NCBI RefSeq assembly: GCF_006345805.1
Contig: NC_042997.1
Coordinates: 187,116,001-187,180,000, forward strand
DNA length: 64,000 bases
DNA from: Octopus sinensis
Lineage: Eukaryota
Reading direction: 5' to 3'
The notes under the pieces were generated by a model. That model made no database searches, was not told the origin of the DNA, and saw only the letters and a list, made by a program, of their open reading frames with translations. This document shows, one piece after another, positions 37,373 to 47,258 of the stretch (position 1 is the stretch's first letter; each line of letters begins with the position of its first letter). The translations under genes and the position numbers were made by a program.

Positions 37373-38203
37373 ATTGTAAAAGCCTTCATTCTAACCTCAC
37401 TCCTTTAGCATTTAAACTGGTCATATCCAACCCAAATATTCTACTGTTTTAAGTACAAACCAGCCAGATTCAGTGTCCCACCATGACATTACAATGTTAT
37501 TCTAAAAATAAGCCATCACATAATCAAAACCTTATAGCTACAAGATAATGCATAATTAATTCAAAACAATATGTATAAATAAGCATTACATTTGGCAAAG
37601 TAGGCTGAATGGTAAAGGGTTAATGTTTCAATCAAGTATAGCACTTTGGGCCTTCAATAACATTGATTCCTGAGACACAAGGCCACAGATTTTAATGGTG
37701 GGAAAAGAACAGTTGATTACATCAAGCACAGTACTTGGTTCGTTATTTGTTTTGTGAAGATCAGAAACAACTGAGAATTTATCACAGAAGGATTTGAATT
37801 CCATACATAAAGGGATGGTACTAAGTATTACAAGGTATTTTGTCTGATGTTTTACCGATTCCATCCTCCTTCCATTGTAAATAAGTGAAAAAAAAAAAAA
37901 ACTGAATGAAAAACCCAGATCAGGAAACTATGACAAAGTGAAAAATAAAAAGAACAAAACACTGTGATTTGATGTTATCACGAAAACAAGCATTAGCATA
38001 TATTTCATAAGCTCTCCAACAGGAAACAGATATTGTCCTTTCACATTTTATGTCAAAATATGGAATTTCTAGAAAGAAATGAGTTTAAAAAAAAAAATGA
38101 TCAAATAAAAGAAAAGAATGGAAAAAAATTTTTTTTTCTTTTCCTCCCAAAATCGGTAATCAACATGAATCAGAACGAAGATATGGTGCTTGTGATTTTT
38201 CAG

Positions 38204-38301
38204 AAAATATTTGCAATGGAATGAAAGAACGGCAACATATTGATGGTTCCAACTTGACGAGATATCTGAGAGTTGTTGCCATAGAAACAACTGACAGAAA
38301 G
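38204..38301 (+). CDS. Candidate internal exon of an unidentified host gene (98 nt, phase 1 to 0): NICNGMKERQHIDGSNLTRYLRVVAIETTDRK
   Basis: Acceptor tgtgatttttcag, donor AAG|gtgaga, one fully open frame, non-repetitive DNA. No homology recognised. Confidence 0.4.
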
Positions 38302-38549
38302 GTGAGAATGCAATAAGTATAGGTATAGGATTTGAAAGCTTTGGAGAGAATCATGGAGACAGTGATGAGGTAAAACGGTGTATAGCAGATGTATTCATTT
38401 CCATAGAGATATAGCAAGATATATATATGTGGACTCTTCTATGTATGTGTGAGTGTTATATGAATATAACAAACATATATAACATACACAAGTGAATATA
38501 TATATATATATATATGTGTGTAAATATATATATATAGTTTTATAATAAA

Positions 38550-40250
38550 TATTAGGGAATATATCCAAATTTACAGGGAAAAAAAATCAGATTTAGGATT
38601 AAATCCAATTTTTTTAAGTAGCGTTGGTTTGCTACGTGGAAATAGTTTTTAGTTCCATTTATTATATTTCTCCATTCATACTATGAATGACGTTTACTTT
38701 CTATGGCGCGTATTCTTTTTTTACATTAGTTATTTCCATGGTAACGTAATTTTGTTTGGTTTTTTAACGGCTAAGAATCTAATTTCACTTCATAATTTGT
38801 AACTGAATTGTAAGTATGTATTTGATTATCCTTATGTCATAATGTTATTTTTGATATTCTGGTTAATTACGATGTATTTATTGTTGTTTTCATAAGAGTG
38901 TTTATGTATATGAGATTGGTGTGAGTTTTTAATTGTATAATTAATTTATTTATCTGTATGAGTGTGGGTGTAAATATGTTGTATATATCGAGTTTAGTGA
39001 GTATGTATATGCGTATATGTGAGGGAGCATATGTATCTGTTGTGTGTGTGTGTTTTGCGTGTGTGTGTGTTGTGTGTGAATGTGTATTTGGGTTTGTTAT
39101 TTAGGATTTGGGATGTATGTGTTAATTTGTCTGTGTGGGGAGGGAGTGGTTTGGTTTGTATATTGAGGTTTATAAGTTAGTATAGGTTTGTGTATAAGTC
39201 TTGGGTCTGTGGTTTACGTGTGGGTTTTTTGTGTGTGAATGTTTAGGTTAGGGGGATTGCTATATAAGTTTGTTATAGGGTTTAGTAAAGGGAGATTTTA
39301 TCGTTATATGCTTTTATGAGTTTTGGTTTATCATGGTTTTTTTAGGTAATTCGTGGTATTTTGTCTATTTTAGGTGTTGGTTATTTTTTTACATTGTTTC
39401 ATTCATAATTTTTGAGTGGTGTTCGTTTTGCCACGTGAATAACCGGGTGGTGGACTAGCGTTGCTTGGAATGTGAATGGAATAGTGTAGTAGTGAGGTAG
39501 GCATAGAGAATGGGATTGGGTTACTGCAAGTTGTTTGTTAGAGATGCTAAGGTGAGTTAAAGCTCATAAATGTATATAATGGTTTTTTGTGGGTGTGTAA
39601 GTATTGTTGTATATGTCGAGTTTAGTGAGTATGTATAGGCGTATATGTGAGGGAGTATATGTATCTTTTGTGTGTGAGTGTTTTGCGTGTGAGTGTATGT
39701 TTTGTGTGTGAATGTGTATATGGGTTTGTTATTTAGGTTTTGGGATGTATGTGTTAATTTGTCTGTGTGGGGAGGGAGTGGGTTTTGGTGTATATTGAGG
39801 TTTATAAGTTAGTATAGGTATGTGTATAAGTCGTGAGTCTGTGGTTTACGTGTGTGTATTTGTGTGTGAATGTTTAGGTTAGGGGGTTTACTTTATAGGT
39901 TTGTTATAGAGTTTAGCAAGGGAGATTTTATCGTTATATGTTTTTAAGAGTTTTGTTTATCATGGTTTTTTTTTTTTTTTGGAATTCGTGGTACTTAGTC
40001 TATATTTTCGATATGGATTATATATAGGTTATATATGGATTATATACTTATATTTTTTCATTTATACTTTAATTATTTAAAAGTATTATTTTTATATTTT
40101 AAAATTTTGATTTTTTAGATTGGAAGTCCACCTGAAGATTGTCGACCAAGACAAGAAACGATTGTAGTGGCGGTTTTTTTGACTATTTATTAAATTTTAT
40201 GTATTGATTAAGTCTTTCCTTGTTTGTTTTGCAAAATAGTGGTTTTGTCT
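38550..40250 (+). mobile_element. Non-coding G/T-skewed element with an internal ~410 bp direct repeat and a 3' hammerhead, probably a non-autonomous Penelope-like element
   Basis: Repeat copies at ~38960-39370 and ~39590-40005. The left end resembles 44890-44960. Flanked by (TA)n. Confidence 0.5.
40128..40170 (+). ncRNA. Minimal type I hammerhead ribozyme fold
   Basis: CCAC-CUGAAGA-UUGUC(gaccaa)GACAA-GAAA-C(gauu)G-UA-GUGG. All core nucleotides are present, with predicted cleavage after GUA (A40166). Confidence 0.8.
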
Positions 40251-40964
40251 CAAATAATATTTTATATAGTTTTATATATATATATGCACATATATATATA
40301 TAAGTGTTTGTGTGTTTATCAGTTTATCATTTGTATATATATATGTGTATATATATATATATATATCATCATCATCGTCAGATATGTAACATATGCTTTC
40401 TTTGTATAAGATATACTACATATGTATTTATTAATCTTTTATTGTTTCAGTCATTAGACTGTAGCCATGCTGGAGCACCATTTTGAAGGGTTTACTCGAT
40501 CATTGTGGTAAGAAGCTTGCTTCCCAAACACTTGGTTCAGGGTTCAGTCCTACTGCGTGGCACTTTGGGCAACTTATAGCCTCAGGCCAACCAAAGCATA
40601 TGATGAGTGTCTAGTTTCCATTCTGAAGTTTACTCAGAAAGCATTGGTTGGTCAGAACTATTGTACAAGGTACCTGTTCAAAGAGCCAAATAATGAGGCT
40701 GAACTTAAAATAATTTAGCTATAAAACCAGATTCTTAATCAAACTATCATGCTTGTCCCTATATACATACATGGTGGCTGCCTCCTCGTTATTGAGTATG
40801 GCCATTGCATGAAGCTTAATCAATGTTGTTATCGTGCAATGCCTGTGCAAGAAGATTTGTTTTTTAAAGTGCATTCACTAAGCAACAGCAGCCATAATCC
40901 GAAAAGAAGAACAAGTCAACATCATTGGTAACTACTGAGCTGCATGTTTTACGTAGGAGTTATC

Positions 40965-41300
40965 CCAGTTACCTGAGTTACCTTCTCCTAGAAGGATGCC
41001 CTAACAAAGGCTAGGAGTCCTTCACTCCCAATGGTTTAACCGCACAATCGGGTATTCAGTCCAATTATTTCTATGTCCCCACGCATGATGCAGCCTTAAG
41101 ACATTTATTGGATGGCCGTTGACTCTCAAGAGTTCCTCCGCCCTTTGACGGATTTTGTTTTTTATCCTGTAGGGTGTCCAATAAACACCCTCCTCACCAA
41201 GCAAGCTTGGTGGGGTTGCCAGTTTAGTCGCCGACGACCCGGCCATGCAACAAGTTGCACTGGGTTACATGTTACCAGTAGCACTCAAAAGTCACCTGAC
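40965..41300 (-). mobile_element. Orphan fragment resembling an RTE-clade 5' UTR
   Basis: Minus strand contains GGCGACTAAACTGGCAACCCC and CCTTCTAGGAGAAGGTAACTC, similar to motifs recalled from invertebrate RTE 5' UTRs. Not database-checked. Confidence 0.4.
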
Positions 41301-41519
41301 ATATATACATACATACATACTTACATATATATAAAACTTACTTGAAAGAGGATGCATGGCATTCAATCATATAATAAAATAAATAATATATATATATAAT
41401 GGTATTTTTTAATAGCGTTTTTTCAGATGGCCAGATAACCGAAGAGATGGTGTTGTGGATTTCCACTTTGGCATCTGAAACTCAGAGTTTTATCTTGACT
41501 ATTGAGTAATTGTACATAT

Positions 41520-41570
<51 letters not shown>

Positions 41571-41659
41571 TATATACATATGTACATGTACATACTTACA
41601 TCTATACATACACACACACACACACATATATACATACATACATAATATATATATATATA

Positions 41660-42250
41660 TATCATCATCATCCATCATCATCATTTAACGTCCGCTTTCC
41701 ATGCTAGCATGGGTTGGACGGTTCAACTGGGGTCTGGGGAGCCCAAGCTGCACCAGTCTAGTCAGATCTGGCAGTGTTTCTACAGCTGGATGCCCTTCCT
41801 AACGCCAACCACTCCGAGAGTGTAGTGGGTGATTTTATGTGCCACCGAACAGGTGCCAGACGAGGCTGACAAACGGCCACGCTCGGATGGTGTTTTTATG
41901 TGCCACCGACACAGGTGCCAGACGAGGCTGGCAGACGGCCACGCTCGGATGGTGTTTTTATGTGCCACCGACACAGGTGCCAGACGAGGCTGGCAGACGG
42001 CCACGCTCGGATGGTTTTTTATGTGCCACCGACACAGGTGCCAGACGAGGCTGGCAGACGGCCACGCTCGGATGGTGTTTTTATGTGCCACCGACACAGG
42101 TGCCAGATGAGGCTGGCAAACGGCCACGATCGGATGGTGCTTGTTACGTGCCCACAGCACGGAGGCCAGTCGATGCGGTACTGGCTACGGCCACGTTCGG
42201 ATGGTTTTCTTATGTGCCACGTGCCACCGGCACTGGTACCACAAAGATAC
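41660..42250 (-). mobile_element. RTE 3' UTR-derived element with a 5x 62 bp internal tandem array (41837-42145)
   Basis: Unit ATGTGCCACCGACACAGGTGCCAGACGAGGCTGGCAGACGGCCACGCTCGGATGGTGTTTTT. Confidence 0.9.
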
Positions 42251-42294
42251 AAATTCCATTGATGTTCATATATATATATATATGCATATGTGGA

Positions 42295-42480
42295 CACAGG
42301 ACATCATGAAACGTGTACAACAAGAAAAATACTAAGTATGAGTACATGGACTATGAACTATTTTTTCGAACAATGAAAGACACAAAAGGAAAACAAGACA
42401 AACAACATAAAGAACGATCCTTCATCAGTTGTTGGCTGTTTTTCTAACTCTTGTATTTTGAGCATTTAACAACAGGAAAA
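42295..42480. repeat. Unclassified interspersed repeat, related copy at ~53500-53770
   Basis: Shared CAGGACATCA...GGAAAACA(A/G)GACAA...CCTTCATCAGTTGTTGGCTGT...TTT(T/C)GAGCAT. Confidence 0.7.
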
Positions 42481-43012
42481 TCTCATATTAACAAACACAT
42501 CAATTTGACTGAATTTATAGCTTATTTTTTAAATACAAAGCATGACATAGCAAATAGGTGATGAAATATATCTTACGGTCTTTTCCAATCTGTTGCCAAA
42601 ATGCAAGAATAAAGTTCTTCATTTTCATAGGATATTCAAATTAAGGCACAGAGCTTCGGCAGAGTAAAAAACAAGAGTATACAAAATAAACAAAGGATAC
42701 AAGGAAAAGGAAAGAAAACATGGCCTAGGAAAAAGTCTAAGAAACCCAATATGTTAAAAGCATATAATCTACCATCTAGGGGCTACAAGATCTGTAGGTA
42801 AAAAAGTGAGCTAGTAGTGATCTAGGGAATACTATCTAGTATTATTTGTATTTGTTTCCTGATAAACTCTTGTTTATTCTGTTGTTACCTGCACTCTACA
42901 TGCAGAGTACCTGCTCACCAATGCCCAGGGATAACATGGGTAACAGATACCAATAGTATATACGGATATTTTATCCCTTAGTTGGTTATTATAACCACTA
43001 ACTCTGTTTACA

Positions 43013-43055
<43 letters not shown>

Positions 43056-43120
43056 ATATATCTATATCTATATATATATCTATATCTTTATATATACACA
43101 CACACCACACACACACACAC

Positions 43121-43158
<38 letters not shown>

Positions 43159-43161
43159 GTG

Positions 43162-43196
<35 letters not shown>

Positions 43197-43199
43197 GTG

Positions 43200-43583
43200 A
43201 AATAGAAAGATGAATAATCTTGTAGTAGATTAATCAAAAGTTTAACCGATACCTTAGTAGCAAAAATCACAGCAGTGAACAGCACGGTTGGAGGTACAAC
43301 CATCTGGCGTTGCAACCGTGCGTTGGTGCGGATAATTGAAATTAAAACATTATTGGTGAATTGAAGAAATGGAGCTGAACGCAGATTGAACAGAAATCGT
43401 TTTATTTCATTCTACACGTGTTTCGAAAGGCACAAATTACCAAAATCCGATTGAATAATGGGACCATATTGTGTCTTTCTCTTCAGGAAGAAAAAAGGAA
43501 ATCCGTTGGAAAAACAAAAACAGAACAGAGGCAGAGCAAAAAACAAATCGAACTGTGCTCCTAGAGCCCATGGCGAAACTGCG

Positions 43584-43590
<7 letters not shown>
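43200..43590 (-). mobile_element. Penelope-like terminal-repeat remnant containing the second hammerhead
   Basis: Short non-coding block between two (TA)n tracts, with hammerhead followed by AAATAAAA. Confidence 0.5.
43405..43494 (-). ncRNA. Minimal type I hammerhead ribozyme fold with extended stem II
   Basis: UUC-CUGAAGA-GAAAGaCACAA(~33 nt)UUGUGcCUUUC-GAAA-C(ACGU)G-UA-GAA. Stem III is a perfect ACACGUGU palindrome; predicted cleavage between 43413 and 43412. Confidence 0.8.
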
Positions 43591-43614
<24 letters not shown>

Positions 43615-43699
43615 ATATAATATATTTATATTTATTTATATTATTATATGATTGAACACCTTGCATCCTCTTCCAAGTATATCTATATCTATCTGTCTG

Positions 43700-43744
<45 letters not shown>

Positions 43745-44124
43745 ATATATATATGCTTGTCATCACACACACAATATATATATATATATATGTATATATT
43801 GTGTATGTGTGTGATGACAAGCATATACATATACGAATATGTTGGTGATAGCTGACAATGGATTATTGCCAGTTTATACATCAATGCATATGGCACGTGA
43901 CATATTAATGCTGAGGGAGTGGGTGTCAGTAGGGGATGAAAGTGGGGCTGGCAGTGGAGAAAACAGAAGTAAGGAGCAGTAAGCAATTTATAAATCAATA
44001 CAAAGGTCTTGTTTTTGTTTTTTTTCATTTCTTTTTAACCTGTTCTTTCTCTGGCAGCTAATCCCTTGGCAAATCCCTTTTTTCTTTTTACCATGAAAAC
44101 ATCCCTGAACCTGTTGGTTACTTA

Positions 44125-44143
44125 CTGTCGGCCATTATTATTA

Positions 44144-44199
<56 letters not shown>

Positions 44200-44220
44200 G
44201 TTGTTGTTGTTGTTGTTGTT
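44125..44220. repeat. (ATT)n(GTT)n microsatellite
   Basis: Direct inspection. Confidence 0.95.
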
Positions 44221-44968
44221 AATGCTTTTATGTTGTAGCTGGAGGCTGATCCGAAATAATTGACTCTTTCTATTCTAACTGTTGAAGTGTGAGAAGAGCA
44301 AGGTATGAAATGAGGGCAATGGAAGAAGTCTGATGTTGCTAGTGGTGGTTGTGTTAGTGATGATGATGATGATGATGATGATGATATTTGTAGTGCTTAT
44401 TGTTATTGTGGTGCTGGTGGGGGAGGTGTTGGAAGTTGTTAAGAGTTTAATGTACTAATTGCATTCAATAGTGGTTGAATTTATAATCCAATTGTGTTTT
44501 TTTGTCTTCCTTTCTTCCCACTTGTCACACCTCCACCACTTGTTTGTGTTTTGCAAATAGGCCTGTTATTGTTGCTTTGCCCCTGGTTGGCCTTGCTGGA
44601 GCAATCATATTATGAAAAGCATTCCAGCCATCACCATTCTATAATTTTTTTTATCTGATATAGTGTAATTAGAACTGTGTTATCCAATGCATCCTGTAGG
44701 TGCTGGTATGGATGCATGGTAAGAGAAGTTTGCTCTCAGCCAGATGGTTCCAGGTTCAGTCCCAGTGCATGGAATCTTGGGCAAGCACCTTCTACTATGA
44801 TCCAGAGTCAACCAACTCTTTTGAGTGGATTTGGTAGATGTAAACCAAAAGAAGCCTGCCACACACATATATATATATATATATATAATAAAAATAATAT
44901 TAGGGAGTATGGCTCCAAACTTACAGGAAAAAATTAGATTTAGTATTAAATCAAATTTCACAGTATAA

Positions 44969-44999
<31 letters not shown>

Positions 45000-45445
45000 G
45001 TCTGGCCCCCATGTTGGCGACATGTAAAAGCACCATCCGTTCGTGTCCGTTGCCAGCCTCGCCTGGCCCCCGTGCCGGTGACACGTAAAAGCACCATCCG
45101 TTCGTGGCCGTTTGCCAGCCCTGTCTGGCCCCCGTGTCGGTGGCATGTAAAAGCACCATCCGTTCGTGCCCGTTGCCAGCCTCGCCTAGCCCCCGTGCCG
45201 GTGACACGTAAAAGCACCATCTGTTTGTGGCCGTTTGCCAGCTCTGTCTGGCACCTGTGCAGGTGGCACGTAAAAAGCACCCAGTACACTCACGGAGTGG
45301 TTGGCGTTAGGAAGGGCATCCAGCCGTAGAAACACTGCCAGATCTGACTGGGCCTGATGAAGCCTTCCGGCTTCACAGACCCCAGTTGAACCGTCCAACC
45401 CATGCTAGCATGGAGAACGGACGCTAAATGATGATGATGATGATA
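45000..45445 (+). mobile_element. RTE 3' UTR-derived element with a 4x ~61 bp internal array
   Basis: Units start near 45019, 45080, 45142 and 45202; (GAT)n tail. Confidence 0.9.
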
Positions 45446-45469
45446 TATGTGTATCACACATACACGAAG

Positions 45470-45513
<44 letters not shown>

Positions 45514-46071
45514 GACAGGCTTCTTTCAGTTTCCATCTACCAAATCCACCCACAAGACTAGTTGCTTGAGGCTACAGTAGAAGAGACATGCTCAGGGTGC
45601 TATGCAATTGGGATGAACTTGGAACCATGTGGTTGGGAAGCATACTTCTGACCATATAGTTAGTAGTATTGTAGTTTAATTTCTACTATAATGATACTGA
45701 AGCAACAACTCAGGATAGGTCAGTATTGTAAATGAAAACTGAGTGCTAAAAGGGAAAAGTACTGAGTGTATTAGGAGAAGATTAAGAAAAATGTGACTTG
45801 ATCTGATGATGTTTGGTCTCTCAGTCAAGATTATAGGTTTAATCTTCATCTTGGATTTCTGTTATAATTTCATTCACATCTCTGATGCTTTATAGTAACA
45901 TTAAATCAGCCTCAATTTTTGACTGGTATTTTATTTTATTGACCTTGGATGGAAGAAAAAGGTAAAATTGATCCGGGGGAATTCAAACTGAGGATGTAGT
46001 ATCATAACAAATTAATATAAGCATTTGTTTTTACGCAAGTCTCTTATGATTCTGCCATTCCTATTTTGAAG

Positions 46072-46146
46072 ATTGGCTAAATGTGAAATGGTTGAAATGA
46101 AGAATGTTTTTATTAGCTTGCAAAAGCGATCTCGAAATTCCAATAC
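46072..46146 (+). CDS. Candidate symmetric exon (75 nt, phase 2): LAKCEMVEMKNVFISLQKRSRNSN
   Basis: Acceptor ccattcctattttgaag, donor TAC|gtaagt, open frame. No homology recognised. Confidence 0.3.
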
Positions 46147-47214
46147 GTAAGTGGAATATGCATCCGTAAACCACTCCAATTCATCTTTCCAATAAGTCAA
46201 TAGGGCTGATCAATCACTGTCATTGATATCTCCTAATTAGAAAATGTCAGTTTTGTCTATATCTGTCACAACTGTAGGAAATAAATAATACATTTAGAAA
46301 ATTAAAAGCTAATATACTTGTTTATCACAGAAATACCATTATGATTTCTGGATGAAAAATCATTTGAACAAAATCATAACTTCAGAAAAGACACCAATAT
46401 AAACACTTTATAAATTATAAGTTTTATAGGATCTTATAAATTGTAGATGGCTAAAAAAAGTTATCATCTTTCCATGGAAGGTGCATGGCTCAGTGGTTAG
46501 AGTCATGAGGTAGTTAATTCAGTTCAGTTCATCACAATCACGAGGTAGTGAGTTCAGTTCCTGGACCAGGCTGTGTTGTGTTCTTGAGCAAGGCCCTTCA
46601 TTTCACTTTGTTCCATTTCACTCAGCTGTAGAAATGAGTTTCGAGATCACTGGTGCCAAGCGGAATTGACCATTGCTTTTCTTTTGGACACCATTGGTGG
46701 CAAGGAGATGGGAGGCTGGTATGCATGGGCGACTGCCAATCTTCCATAAGCAGCCTCACAGGGTAACTTTCTAAGTGCAATTCCATGATCATTCAAGACT
46801 GTAGGGGGTTTTTACCCTTTAAATCTTACCATAAGACTCCAGGTTCCATTAAGATGGGATCTGACTTTCTTGAACTGTAAATAAATACAGTTGAATCTCC
46901 ATGGATAGGTTGCTTGTCCATCGATGGTTCATTTTTCTTTGAAGTTTTACTATGTCTTTCTTATGGTTTTGTGAAGTAATGCACTGCCTTGCATTTAGTA
47001 AATTGTTTGGCCAATAAATAATTTTATTGACTGGTAATTATTTTGACAATCTCAGAAGGATGAAAGGCTTAAAATGGCTCTGTGTGAGATTTGAGACATA
47101 CCATAAGTAATGTTTTTCCAACTCTCTTTAATGAAGAAATAAAATATAAATCCATTCTGTATGTACAGTAAAATATATATAACAGGTATTTGTAAGTTTT
47201 ATGAGTGATAGTTA

Positions 47215-47258
<44 letters not shown>

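Noticed and set aside
39240-39300. Interstitial telomeric repeat
   Set aside because: Only one or two imperfect TTAGG(G) units, which is expected in G/T-rich sequence.
41837-42145. Regularly spaced palindromic repeats resembling a CRISPR array
   Set aside because: There are no unique spacers: whole 62 bp units are near-identical. It lies in an RTE 3' UTR in a eukaryotic context with no cas genes.
46012-46200. Minus-strand ORF YWKDELEWFTDAYSTY as an exon
   Set aside because: The strong upstream acceptor leads to stops in all frames, the donor is weak, and it overlaps a better-signalled plus-strand candidate.
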